Shown: positions 1 through 9,932 of the stretch, piece after piece
How positions within the stretch are numbered: the first letter of the stretch is position 1
Layout of the letters: each line of letters begins with the position of its first letter
Origin: an uncultured Bacilli bacterium
GTDB taxonomy: Bacteria > Bacillota_I > Bacilli_A > RF39 > UBA660
DNA length: 57,366 bases
Assembly (NCBI GenBank): GCA_944351765.1
Contig: CALVPR010000003.1
Location: forward strand, 1-57,366
Reading direction: 5' to 3'
Made by a program: the position numbers and the translations under genes
The notes under the pieces: model-generated
What the model saw: the letters and a program-made list of their open reading frames with translations, nothing else
Database searches by the model: none
Told to the model about the DNA's origin: nothing

Positions 1-76
1 ATTTGTCAATATTGTTTAAAGTATCAAAATTATTTATTAAATTTATTACCTTTTTTGTATTATTATCTAACAACAT
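1..76 (-). CDS. N-terminus of an unknown protein running off the window (MLLDNNTKKVINLINNFDTLNNIDK...)
   Basis: ATG at 76 on the minus strand, preceded by AAAGGAAAAGAGGT (RBS-like); frame stays open to position 1; not in the ORF track. Confidence 0.55.
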   Translation of the reverse strand, partial: MLLDNNTKKVINLINNFDTLNNIDK

Positions 77-150
77 ATTTTACCTCTTTTCCTTTAATTA
101 TAAGGGTTATAAGTAACTTCGCTTAATTATTACCTGTGTCTATACTGTAT

Positions 151-579
151 TCATACTACTCTTTGTCTCATACCTCCAGATAAATTTTTAGGGTATTTAT
201 AAATAAAATCTTTAAGTCCATATAACTCTAATAATTTTATAACTCTTTCTTTTTTTTCTTTTGTTAAATTTTTTTCTATTTTTAATCCTATTAAACAATT
301 ATCTAAAATATTTAACCAAGGAAAAAGACAATCTTGTTGAAGCATATAACCTAATTTCTTTTTGCTTTGATTAGGATATATTATTTCACCACTACTTTTA
401 TCAATTAAACCAGACAAAATAGATAAAAGAGTAGATTTACCACATCCAGAAGGCCCTACTATGGCAATAAATTCTCCTTCATTAATATCTAAACTTATAT
501 TATCAATCGCAGTTATTTCACCACTTTTAGTAAAGTATTTCTTCTTTATATCTTTAATAGATAAAATTGTATTATTCAT
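151..579 (-). pseudogene. ytlC: 5' half of a nitrate/sulfonate-type ABC ATPase (YtlC-like), truncated after the signature motif
   Basis: Walker A GPSGCGKS and Q-loop present; ends LSGGMRQRVV*; no Walker B, D-loop or H-loop in any downstream minus-strand frame. Confidence 0.8.
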
Positions 580-1579
580 AATCTTTAAAATACTCTGAAT
601 ATATTAAATCATTAAATGAAACTTTATTTTCAAGTTCACCAGCCGCAATTATAATATCTTGTATATGATTCCATTCGTTTTCATTAATAGTTATATTAGA
701 CTTCCATGCTTCTCCTTCTTTGTATCTTTCAATCATTTTTGTAATATCTTCAATATCAGTATCTGGGAAAAAGTCTATTATTGATTTAGCAATTTCCTCA
801 GAACTTTTTTCTTCAACAAATTTAAGACCTTTGTTAATTGCGTTAGAGAATCCTTTTATTATATTAGGGTTTTCTTCAATAAAACTTTTTTTAGCATTAT
901 ATGCTGTATATGGAACTACTCCTCCTAAATCACCAATATAAGCAACTACGTGACCATATCCTGCTTGTTCTACTGCAAGTGCATTAGGTTCAAATAGAGT
1001 AACAAAGTCTCCGGTTCCTCCAATAAAAGCTCCTTGCATTGCTGCAAAATCAATTGATGTATCTATTGTTAAATCAGTATTTGGATCTATACCATTTTCA
1101 CGAAGAGCCCATTCAAATGTCATTTCTGGCATACCGCCTTTTCTACCACCAATTACATATTTACCTTTTAAATCTTCTAAAGTAAAATTTTCATATTCTT
1201 CTCTAGCTACTAAAAAAGAACCATCTTTTTGTGTTAAACCTGCAAATGTTTGTAAATAATCTTTTTCTCCACCATTATATACATATATTGTAGCTTCTGT
1301 ACCACAAAAACCAATTTGAACGTCTCCTGATAACACTGCTGCAGTAACGGCATCAGCACCTGATGCTAAAATAAGTTCAATTTCAATACCTTCTTCTTCA
1401 AAAAATCCTTCACTAATTGCAACATATTGTGGTGCATAAAAAATACTATGTGTTACTTCTGCTAATGTTATTTTAGTTAATCCATTATCGTTTTTATCTT
1501 CTTTTCTAAAAATAAATATTCCAAAAACTATAATACCTAAGATTATTAAACTAATAATAATTTTTTTCATATATTCCAT
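572..1579 (-). CDS. ytlA: NMT1/SsuA-family ABC substrate-binding protein, YtlA-like
   Basis: N-terminal TM anchor; AEVTHSIFYAPQYVA, LTQKDGSFLV and RKGGMP motifs match Bacillus YtlA as recalled. Confidence 0.8.
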   Translation of the reverse strand: MEYMKKIIISLIILGIIVFGIFIFRKEDKNDNGLTKITLAEVTHSIFYAPQYVAISEGFFEEEGIEIELILASGADAVTAAVLSGDVQIGFCGTEATIYVYNGGEKDYLQTFAGLTQKDGSFLVAREEYENFTLEDLKGKYVIGGRKGGMPEMTFEWALRENGIDPNTDLTIDTSIDFAAMQGAFIGGTGDFVTLFEPNALAVEQAGYGHVVAYIGDLGGVVPYTAYNAKKSFIEENPNIIKGFSNAINKGLKFVEEKSSEEIAKSIIDFFPDTDIEDITKMIERYKEGEAWKSNITINENEWNHIQDIIIAAGELENKVSFNDLIYSEYFKDYE

Positions 1580-1593
1580 CCTTTCATACAGTG

Positions 1594-1621
1594 TATTATA
1601 TTCTTTTATAGTTATTTTGTT
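1594..1621 (-). promoter_or_regulatory. possible sigK-type promoter of ytlA (AACA-N15-AATATAATA)
   Basis: Resembles AC-N16-CATAnnnTA with one mismatch; could also be a sigA TATAAT -10. Confidence 0.35.
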
Positions 1622-1711
1622 AAAAGTAACTTACATTCAATTAATATCATATATATATAAATATTGTAAAATAAATTAATCAAATGTATAATTGATGTGA
1701 GAAGGTGACTT

Positions 1712-2404
1712 ATGAATATTTTAGTTATAGATGATGAAAAAGAAATTGCAGATTTAATAGAAATATATTTAAAAAATGAAAATTATAATGTTTATAAATA
1801 TTATTCTAGTGAAAATATAATGAATGATTTAGAAAACATAAAAATAGATTTAGCAATATTAGATATTATGATGCTTGGTGTTGATGGATTTTCATTATGT
1901 GAAGAAATAAGAAAAAAATATAATTTTCCAATAATATTTGTAACTGCTAAAGTAGAGAATATTGATAAAATAAATGGGTTTGCAATTGGAGCAGATGATT
2001 ATGTTACTAAACCATTTGAACCATTAGAATTAGTGGCAAGAGTAAAAGCGCAAATTAGAAGATATAAAAATTATAATAAGGTAGAAGAAAATGAAGAAGT
2101 AATTGATTTTCGAAATATTGTAATAAATAATAATAGTCATGAATTTTACTTTAAAGATAAAAAGATATTACTTACTCCAATTGAGTTTTCTATTATGTGG
2201 TATTTATGTAAAAATAGGGGAACTACAGTGAAAACTGAAGATTTATTTATGGAAGTATGGAAAGAAAAATATTACGAAAAAGATAACAATACAATTATGG
2301 TACATATTAGACATTTAAGAGAAAAAATGAATGATATAGGAAGAGAACCTAAATATATAAAAACAATATGGGGAGTGGGGTATAAAATTGAAAACGAAAA
2401 TTAA
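1712..2404 (+). CDS. OmpR-family response regulator, VanR-like
   Basis: Receiver DD / LDIMM / KPF motifs; winged helix NNTIMVHIRHLREKMND...KYIKTIWGVGY typical of VanR. Confidence 0.9.
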   Translation: MNILVIDDEKEIADLIEIYLKNENYNVYKYYSSENIMNDLENIKIDLAILDIMMLGVDGFSLCEEIRKKYNFPIIFVTAKVENIDKINGFAIGADDYVTKPFEPLELVARVKAQIRRYKNYNKVEENEEVIDFRNIVINNNSHEFYFKDKKILLTPIEFSIMWYLCKNRGTTVKTEDLFMEVWKEKYYEKDNNTIMVHIRHLREKMNDIGREPKYIKTIWGVGYKIENEN

Positions 2405-3482
2405 ATATGGAAAAAAATTAACTAATAAATTTATAAAAAGAATATTTTTATGGACTTCTATCTATACTTTTATTTTTATAATATTATGGCTTTTATGTAG
2501 AAGCATATGTTCTAATGTTATTTGGTATGAAGGTGATTTCTTTTATCATATATTAAGAAATATCGGATATAGTTTTACAACATTATTAATAATATGGTTA
2601 ATAGGGTTTTTAATAATAGTTATAATATGTTTGTATAAAACATTATCATATGTTGATTCAATAGTAGATGCTAGTGCACTTTTAATAAGTGATAAAGAAG
2701 AAGATATAGTACTTCCAGAAGATTTATTAGATGTTGAAAAAAGAATGAATCAAATAAAAAAACAGGCAAGAAAAAATTTGAAATTAGCTCAAGAAAATGA
2801 ACAAAAGAAAAATGATTTAATTGTATATTTAGCTCACGATATAAAGACACCTTTAACTTCTATGATTGGATACTTATCTTTACTTAATGAGGTTGACGAT
2901 ATGCCTTTAAAGCAAAGGGAAAAATACATAAATATTGCTTTAGAAAAGTCATATCGTTTAGAAGATTTAATTAATGAATTATTTGATATATCAAGATTTA
3001 ATGCTGAAACGATTATTTTATCTAAAGAAGAATTAAATTTAACTATGATGTTAGAACAAATAGTCGATGATTTTTATCCTATATTAAAGGAAAATAATAA
3101 AGAAATAATTATTAAAAGTGATGATAAGATAATTATATATGCAGATTCTGATAAGATTGCTAGAGTATTTGGTAATATTATAAAAAACGCTATTAATTAT
3201 AGTATTAATAATGACAAAATAGAAATAGAAGTAAAAAAAGATAATGAAAATGTTATAGTTAAAGTAAAAAATAAAGGTACTAAAATACCGGAAGAAAAAT
3301 TAAAAAGAATTTTTGAAAAATTTTATAGAGCTGATTCTTCAAGAACAAGTAAGACTGGTGGTAGTGGATTAGGACTTGCTATTGCAAAAGAAATAGTAGA
3401 ATTACATAAAGGAAAAATAATTGCAACAAGCAATGACTTTGAAACAGTATTTGAAGTAGTTTTACCTTTATATAAAAATTAA
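2388..3482 (+). CDS. sensor histidine kinase, VanS-like
   Basis: Two TMs; KNDLIVYLAHDIKTPLTS H-box; N, F and G boxes; TTG start overlapping the regulator. Confidence 0.9.
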   Translation: MKTKIKYGKKLTNKFIKRIFLWTSIYTFIFIILWLLCRSICSNVIWYEGDFFYHILRNIGYSFTTLLIIWLIGFLIIVIICLYKTLSYVDSIVDASALLISDKEEDIVLPEDLLDVEKRMNQIKKQARKNLKLAQENEQKKNDLIVYLAHDIKTPLTSMIGYLSLLNEVDDMPLKQREKYINIALEKSYRLEDLINELFDISRFNAETIILSKEELNLTMMLEQIVDDFYPILKENNKEIIIKSDDKIIIYADSDKIARVFGNIIKNAINYSINNDKIEIEVKKDNENVIVKVKNKGTKIPEEKLKRIFEKFYRADSSRTSKTGGSGLGLAIAKEIVELHKGKIIATSNDFETVFEVVLPLYKN

Positions 3483-3517
3483 GAAAATCTTAAGGAATTT
3501 ATAAGAAAAAATTAAAG
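3480..3517 (+). promoter_or_regulatory. four tandem TAAG-core direct repeats at 11-bp period (probable OmpR/VanR boxes)
   Basis: TAAG at 3480, 3491 and 3502, TAAAG at 3513, upstream of extended -10 TGATACAAT (3535-3543). Confidence 0.6.
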
Positions 3518-3590
3518 AAAAAGTAATTATTAATTGATACAATTTGTATGTAATTAATAATTATTTTTTTTAGAAAGAATTGGTGATAAT

Positions 3591-4436
3591 ATGAAAAAAA
3601 GAAAAATGAAGAATAGTATTAAAGTACTGTTAGTAATATTAATAATAATATTTTTAGCTAATTTTATAAGTAGTAATAGTTATCTTATTTATAGAGGAAT
3701 ATACAAAATATTAAATAATAATACAATAAATGAAAATATAATTACAACAGAAGACACAAAAGATATATTAAAGGAAATGGCTAAAAGTGATAGTAGAATA
3801 AATAAAATATTGGAAAATTATGATGAATATCCAGAAGTTCTTTTAGAAATGTTATCTAGAAATAGTGATATGACTGATTATGTAGTTAATTATTTAGATA
3901 AAAAGGGAACTGTAACTACTGATAATATTGGCAAAGTTAAGAAAGGGGAATTTCCATTACTTTTGCAATATGATACAAGATGGGGATATGGAAAGTATGG
4001 AGATAGCGTAATAGCTATTAGTGGTTGCGGACCTACAGTAATATCTATGGTAATAGCAGGTTTAACTGGTGATAATTCTATTACCCCTTATGATGTTGCA
4101 AAATATTCTGAAGAAAATGGATATTATGATCTATTAGCAGGGACAAGTTGGAGTTTGTTTAGAGAGGGTGTTTTAGAATATGGGATAAAAGGAACTACTA
4201 TTTCATTATCTAAAAGTATTATGATAAGTGAATTAGAAAATGGACATCCAATTGTTTGTAGTATGCGAAAAGGAGATTTTACTACCACAGGTCATATTAT
4301 ATTGATAACAGGAGTTAAAGATGGAAAGTTTATAATTAATGATCCAAATAGTAAAGAGAGAAGTCAAAAGTTATGGGATTATGTAACACTAGAACCACAA
4401 ATTAGAAATTTATGGTCATTTGAAAAAATAAGTTAA
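3591..4436 (+). CDS. membrane-anchored C39-like (Peptidase_C39_2) cysteine peptidase
   Basis: N-terminal TM; LQYDTRWG, SGCGPT, TGHII and NDP catalytic motifs. Confidence 0.85.
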   Translation: MKKRKMKNSIKVLLVILIIIFLANFISSNSYLIYRGIYKILNNNTINENIITTEDTKDILKEMAKSDSRINKILENYDEYPEVLLEMLSRNSDMTDYVVNYLDKKGTVTTDNIGKVKKGEFPLLLQYDTRWGYGKYGDSVIAISGCGPTVISMVIAGLTGDNSITPYDVAKYSEENGYYDLLAGTSWSLFREGVLEYGIKGTTISLSKSIMISELENGHPIVCSMRKGDFTTTGHIILITGVKDGKFIINDPNSKERSQKLWDYVTLEPQIRNLWSFEKIS

Positions 4437-4501
4437 GTACTGTGTATAATGAATTTTAATTTTACTCAAATAATAAAAACTATGATAAAATAGTATAGAG
4501 G

Positions 4502-5242
4502 ATGTTAGATATGAGTAGAAGGAAAAGCAAAAATAAAAAGAAACAATTTATGTTTTCTATATTGATAGTATTAGTGGCTATAGGAACATATTATAAAGAT
4601 GAAATTCAAGAGTATATACAAATAAGTAAAACTTATGCGATAGAATCCTATGATATGAGTAATATTCCACAGTACAGTGGAAACTCTTATGTTGTATTAA
4701 ATAATAATAAACCTAATTTTACCGATGAAGACTATTTAAAGGGTAGTTTTGAAGAATATAGTGAACTTGATACTTTAGGAAGATGCGGAGTTGCGTATGC
4801 AAACGTTAGTGTTGATACTATGCCAACTGAAGAAAGAGGAAGTATAGGACAAATAAAACCTTCAGGATGGCATACTGTTAAATATGATATTGTAAATGGT
4901 AAATATTTATATAATAGATGTCATTTAATTGGATATCAACTAACGGGAGAAAATGCTAATCCTAAAAATTTGATTACTTGTACAAGAAGTATGAATACTG
5001 AAGGAATGTTAGAGTTTGAAAATCAAGTAGCGGATTATATAAAAGAAACAAATAATCATGTTTTATATAGAGTTACTCCAATATTTGAAGAAAATAATTT
5101 AGTAGCTAGTGGTGTTCAAATAGAGGCTAGTTCTGTTGAAGATAAATGTGAGGATATATGCCTTAATGTATATGTATATAATGTACAAGATGGAATAGAA
5201 ATAAATTATTCGAATGGAGATAGTCATTTAATAGATAAATAA
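4502..5242 (+). CDS. DNA/RNA non-specific endonuclease (EndA / DNA-entry nuclease-like)
   Basis: LDTLGRC, PSGWH, YNRCHLIG and YRVTP motifs; N-terminal TM. Confidence 0.9.
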   Translation: MLDMSRRKSKNKKKQFMFSILIVLVAIGTYYKDEIQEYIQISKTYAIESYDMSNIPQYSGNSYVVLNNNKPNFTDEDYLKGSFEEYSELDTLGRCGVAYANVSVDTMPTEERGSIGQIKPSGWHTVKYDIVNGKYLYNRCHLIGYQLTGENANPKNLITCTRSMNTEGMLEFENQVADYIKETNNHVLYRVTPIFEENNLVASGVQIEASSVEDKCEDICLNVYVYNVQDGIEINYSNGDSHLIDK

Positions 5243-5254
5243 TAATAATTATGG

Positions 5255-5279
5255 AGTACCAAAATTGGTACTTATTTTA
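5255..5279 (+). terminator. intrinsic terminator
   Basis: AGTACCA-AAAT-TGGTACT followed by a T-rich tail. Confidence 0.55.
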
Positions 5280-5400
5280 CTTTAATAATATGAGTCATTA
5301 AATTTAAAAAGTAAAATTTAAAATTAATTATTATTTTTTTTAATCTAATAAATTATTTGTGATATAATGTATTTATACTAATAATATAGGAGGTTATTTT

Positions 5401-6120
5401 ATGAAAAAAATATTTTTAATATTGGTATGTGTATTTTTATTAACAGGATGCGGAAAAAATGATGATGAACTTGTAATGGTTACTGAAGCAGGTTTTGCAC
5501 CATATGAATATTATGAAGGCGGCAAAATAGTAGGAGTAGATATTGATATTGCTAATGAAATTGCTAAAGAATTAGGAAAAAAATTAGTAGTAAAAGATAT
5601 CGCCTTTGATTCAATAGTCAATGAAGTAAAAAGTGGAAAAGCAGATTTTGCTGCGGCTGGCATTAGTTATTCGGAAGAAAGAGCTAAAGAAGTTGATTTT
5701 TCAATTAATTATGCAACATCAAAACAGGTTGTTATTGTAAATGAAAACAGTGATATAAAAGATCCTAGTGAAATAAGCAATAAAAAAATAGCTGTTCAAC
5801 TTGGAAGTATTGCTGATACATATGTTACTAAGGAATATCAGGATGCTACTATAACTCGTCAAAAGAAATATCTTGCTGCTATTCAAGATTTGAAAACTAA
5901 TAAAGTTGATTGCGTTGTTATGGATGAACTTCCTGCAAAAGAAATATTAAAAGAAAATTCAGGATTAAAGATACTTGATAAGGAACTTACGCAAGACAAA
6001 TATGGAATGATTGTTAAAAAAGGAAATAAAGAACTACTAGATAGCATTAATAAAGTATTAAATAGATTAATTTCTGAAGGTAAAATATCAGAATATGTAA
6101 TAAAACATACAGGAGAATAG
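5401..6120 (+). CDS. polar amino-acid ABC substrate-binding lipoprotein (probably arginine)
   Basis: Lipobox LLTGC; FAPYEY, GVDIDIA and ERAKEVDFS motifs; lies next to the arc operon. Confidence 0.9.
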   Translation: MKKIFLILVCVFLLTGCGKNDDELVMVTEAGFAPYEYYEGGKIVGVDIDIANEIAKELGKKLVVKDIAFDSIVNEVKSGKADFAAAGISYSEERAKEVDFSINYATSKQVVIVNENSDIKDPSEISNKKIAVQLGSIADTYVTKEYQDATITRQKKYLAAIQDLKTNKVDCVVMDELPAKEILKENSGLKILDKELTQDKYGMIVKKGNKELLDSINKVLNRLISEGKISEYVIKHTGE

Positions 6121-6129
6121 AGGTAAAAC

Positions 6130-6861
6130 ATGGAAGTATTGTTTAATGTATGGGGGGGAATTGTTAAATTTTTTCAAAGTATATGGGACAATTTTTATCA
6201 AACGATTATTTATGATAATAGATATTTGTACATATTAGAAGGATTATTTAACACGCTAATTATTGCTCTTTTTGCAGTAATTATTGGTATTGTTATTGGA
6301 GTGTTAATTGCTCTTATTAGAAATAATTATGATAGAAATAATAAGTTTAAATTGTTAAATAAAATATCAACTTTATATGTAAATATTATAAGAGGTACTC
6401 CACAAATATTACAACTTATGATTATTTATTATATAATTTTTAAAAGTGTAGATATAAATATTGTTATTGTAGGTATTATTGCTTTTGGTATAAATTCGGG
6501 AGCGTATGTTTCGGAGATTATTAGAGCGGGTATAGAATCTATTGATAATGGCCAAATAGAAGCAGGATATTCGTTGGGACTTAATTATTCTAAAGTAATG
6601 AGATATATAATTCTTCCACAAGCAATAAAAAATATATTACCAGCATTAGGTAATGAATTTATTACTTTACTTAAGGATACTTCTGTAGGTGCTTATATTG
6701 GTATTGTTGAATTAACTAAAGCATCAGATATAATTGCTTCTAGAACATATGATTACTTTTTTCCACTTATAATTGTTGCGATAATTTATTTAATTTTAAC
6801 AATTGGATTATCAAAATTAATAAGTATGATGGAAAGGAAGTTAAGTAATGATTACTGTTAA
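6130..6861 (+). CDS. polar amino-acid ABC permease
   Basis: [18 protein letters not shown] and [15 protein letters not shown] motifs. Confidence 0.92.
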   Translation: MEVLFNVWGGIVKFFQSIWDNFYQTIIYDNRYLYILEGLFNTLIIALFAVIIGIVIGVLIALIRNNYDRNNKFKLLNKISTLYVNIIRGTPQILQLMIIYYIIFKSVDINIVIVGIIAFGINSGAYVSEIIRAGIESIDNGQIEAGYSLGLNYSKVMRYIILPQAIKNILPALGNEFITLLKDTSVGAYIGIVELTKASDIIASRTYDYFFPLIIVAIIYLILTIGLSKLISMMERKLSNDYC

Positions 6862-7570
6862 AAATTTAAGAAAAAAATATGGAAGTAAGGTTGTTTTAAA
6901 AGGGATTAATTTGAACGTTGAAAAAGGTGAATGTGTAGTAATTATTGGCCCTTCTGGGTGTGGTAAATCAACTTTGCTTAGATGTATAAATGGAATAGAA
7001 AAAGTAACTAGTGGTAAAGTAATATTTGAGGATAAAGATATAAATAATCCCAAAGTAGATATCAATAAAATAAGAGAAAAAATGGGAATGGTTTTTCAAC
7101 AATTTAATTTATTCCCTCATTTAACAGTAAAAGAAAATATAGTATTAGCTCCTATAAAATTAAAGTTAATGAGTAAAGAAGATGCTAATAAAAAAGCTCT
7201 AGAATTATTAGAGTTAATTGATTTGAAAGATAAAGTTGATATGTATCCCAGTCAATTATCTGGTGGACAAAAGCAAAGAATTGCTATAGCAAGATCTTTA
7301 ATTATGAATCCTGATGTAATGTTATTTGATGAGCCCACTAGTGCGCTTGATCCCGAAATGGTAGATGAAGTAAGTAATTTAATGAAAGATTTAGCAAAAC
7401 AAGGAATGACGATGATTGTTGTTACTCATGAAATGAGTTTTGTTAAAGAATGTGCAACTAGAGTAATATTTATGGAAAATGGGAACATTATAGAAGAAGG
7501 GACAGTAAAAGAAATATTTGAAAATCCTAAATCAGATAGACTAAAAGAATTTTTATCAAAAGTTAAATAA
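6848..7570 (+). CDS. polar amino-acid ABC ATPase (GlnQ/ArtR-like)
   Basis: Walker [28 protein letters not shown] and VTHEM. Confidence 0.93.
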   Translation: MITVKNLRKKYGSKVVLKGINLNVEKGECVVIIGPSGCGKSTLLRCINGIEKVTSGKVIFEDKDINNPKVDINKIREKMGMVFQQFNLFPHLTVKENIVLAPIKLKLMSKEDANKKALELLELIDLKDKVDMYPSQLSGGQKQRIAIARSLIMNPDVMLFDEPTSALDPEMVDEVSNLMKDLAKQGMTMIVVTHEMSFVKECATRVIFMENGNIIEEGTVKEIFENPKSDRLKEFLSKVK

Positions 7571-7679
7571 AATATGTCAATTAAATAAGTAAAAATATAA
7601 AATAAATATTTTATTTTAAAAGTGTGTTATAATTAATTTATAGTAGTAGATAATAATGTTACTACAAAAGGAGGAAAAG

Positions 7680-8921
7680 ATGAGTGTAATTAATGTAACT
7701 AGTGAAATTAAACCACTAAAAGAAGTCTTGGTACATAGGCCAGGAAAGGAATTATTAAATTTAACTCCTGATACGCTACAAAGACTATTATTTGATGATA
7801 TTCCATTTTTGAAAGTAGCGCAAGCAGAACATGATGAGTTTGTTCAAATACTTAGAGATAATGGAATAAAGGTATTTTATTTGGAAGATTTAATGGCTGA
7901 AACATTAGATGCAAATCCAAAAGTAAAAGAAAAATTTTTAAAACAATTTATTAAAGAAGCAGGTGTAACGACCCCCAAATATCGTGATTTATTATTTGAA
8001 TATTTAATGAGTTTTGATGATAATAAAGAGTTTGTTTTAAAAACTATGGAAGGTATTCAAATAAGTGAGCTAGATAGAGATAAAAGGGTTATGGAAAAAT
8101 CTTTAGTAGATTTAGTTACTGAAGAAACTTCATTTATTGCAGAACCTATGCCTAACTTGTATTTTACGAGGGATCCTTTTGCCAGTATTGGAAGTGGTAT
8201 CAGTTTAAATAAAATGTACTCTGTTACCAGATCTAGAGAGACAATCTATGCGGAATATATCTTTAATTATCATCCTAAATTTAAAGGTCAGGTTGAAAAA
8301 TATTTTGATAGATATAATGATTGTCATATTGAAGGTGGAGATGTATTAAATCTAAATGACCATGTTCTTGCAATTGGTATTTCACAAAGAACTGAAGCTG
8401 CTGCAATTGATTTAATAGCAAAGAATATATTTAAGAATCCTAATTGTAAGATAGATACAATTTTAGCTTTTAATATTCCAAATTCTCGTGCGTTTATGCA
8501 TTTGGATACAGTATTTACTCAAATTGACGTAGATAAATTTACTTATCATCCAGGGATTATGGATACACTTCAAGTATTTGAAATTACTGAAGGAGATGAT
8601 CCTGATAGTGATGAAGACTTAAATGTTAAAGAAATAAATGATTCTCTTGAAAATATATTAGAGACTTATTTAGGAAGAGAAATTACATTAATTCCTTGTG
8701 CTGGAGGAGATAAAATTTCAGCAGAAAGAGAACAATGGAATGATGGTACTAATACTTTATGTATCGCTCCAGGAACTGTAGTAGTGTATAATAGAAATAA
8801 TATCACTAATGAAATATTAAGAGAGCATGGTATTAAAGTGTTAGAAATGAGCAGTGCAGAACTATCACGTGGTAGAGGTGGCCCAAGATGTATGAGTATG
8901 CCACTTGTAAGAGAAGATTAG
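7680..8921 (+). CDS. arcA: arginine deiminase
   Basis: SEIKPL, PNLYFTRD, EGGD, MHLDT and GRGGPRCMSMPL; start moved to ATG 7680 after AGGAGG. Confidence 0.97.
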   Translation: MSVINVTSEIKPLKEVLVHRPGKELLNLTPDTLQRLLFDDIPFLKVAQAEHDEFVQILRDNGIKVFYLEDLMAETLDANPKVKEKFLKQFIKEAGVTTPKYRDLLFEYLMSFDDNKEFVLKTMEGIQISELDRDKRVMEKSLVDLVTEETSFIAEPMPNLYFTRDPFASIGSGISLNKMYSVTRSRETIYAEYIFNYHPKFKGQVEKYFDRYNDCHIEGGDVLNLNDHVLAIGISQRTEAAAIDLIAKNIFKNPNCKIDTILAFNIPNSRAFMHLDTVFTQIDVDKFTYHPGIMDTLQVFEITEGDDPDSDEDLNVKEINDSLENILETYLGREITLIPCAGGDKISAEREQWNDGTNTLCIAPGTVVVYNRNNITNEILREHGIKVLEMSSAELSRGRGGPRCMSMPLVRED

Positions 8922-8930
8922 GAGGCTATT

Positions 8931-9932
8931 ATGGTTAATCTATACAAAAGAAATTTTTTAAAATTATTAGATTATAGTAGTGAAGAAATTAGATACTTAT
9001 TAGATTTATCTATTAAATTTAAAAAAATGAAACATGAAGGAACACCACATCGTTATTTACAAGGAAAGAATATTGTATTATTGTTCGAAAAGACTTCTAC
9101 AAGAACAAGATGTGCTTTTGAAGTAGCAGGAAGAGATTTAGGTATGGGTGTTACATACTTAGATCCAGGAAGTTCTCAAATGGGTAAAAAGGAAAGTATC
9201 GAAGATACTGCTAAAGTATTAGGTAGAATGTATGATGGAATTGAGTATAGAGGATATGCTCAAGAAATAGTAGAAACTCTTGCTGAAAATGCTGGAGTAC
9301 CAGTATGGAATGGATTAACTACTGAATATCATCCAACACAAATGCTTGCAGATATAATGACTATTGAAGAAAATTTTGGACATTTAAAAGGAATTAAATT
9401 AGTATACATGGGAGATGCTAGAAACAATGTTGCTAATTCTCTTATGGTAGTATCTGCTAAAATGGGAATTCATTTTACTTGTTGTGGTCCTAAAGAATTA
9501 TGGCCTAGTAATGAATTGGTTTCTAAATGCAAGCAACTTGCCGAAGAAAGTGGAGCAGTAATTAATTTAACTGAAGATCCTATGGAAGCTAGTAAAGATG
9601 CAGATGCTTTATATACTGATGTATGGGTATCTATGGGAGAAGATGCTAGTGTTTGGGAAGAAAGAATAAAATTATTACAAAAATATCAAATTAATAAAGA
9701 TATTATGAATAATGCTAAAGAAAATGCTATATTCTTACATTGTTTACCATCTTTTCATGATTTAAAAACAACAATAGGTAAAGAAATATATGATAAATTT
9801 GGCTTAAAAGAGATGGAAGTTACTGATGAAGTATTTACTTCTAGTCATTCAAAAGTATTTGATGAAGCAGAAAATAGAATGCACACAATAAAAGCTGTTA
9901 TGTATGCTACAATGAGTGATAGAAATGAGTAA
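8931..9932 (+). CDS. arcB: catabolic ornithine carbamoyltransferase
   Basis: STRTR, HPTQ and HCLP motifs; lies in the arc operon. Confidence 0.96.
   Translation: MVNLYKRNFLKLLDYSSEEIRYLLDLSIKFKKMKHEGTPHRYLQGKNIVLLFEKTSTRTRCAFEVAGRDLGMGVTYLDPGSSQMGKKESIEDTAKVLGRMYDGIEYRGYAQEIVETLAENAGVPVWNGLTTEYHPTQMLADIMTIEENFGHLKGIKLVYMGDARNNVANSLMVVSAKMGIHFTCCGPKELWPSNELVSKCKQLAEESGAVINLTEDPMEASKDADALYTDVWVSMGEDASVWEERIKLLQKYQINKDIMNNAKENAIFLHCLPSFHDLKTTIGKEIYDKFGLKEMEVTDEVFTSSHSKVFDEAENRMHTIKAVMYATMSDRNE

Noticed and set aside
100-160. Frameshift, TGA read-through or group II intron explaining the ytlC truncation
   Set aside because: No frame yields ALIRT or Walker B sequence, read-through gives unrelated residues and another stop, and there is no GTGCG 5' end
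1712-3482. Vancomycin resistance cluster
   Set aside because: Only the regulatory pair is present; no ligase, vanH, vanX, vanY or vanT in the window
7571-7679. ARG boxes or a cre site upstream of arcA
   Set aside because: Only AT-rich sequence with no convincing consensus match
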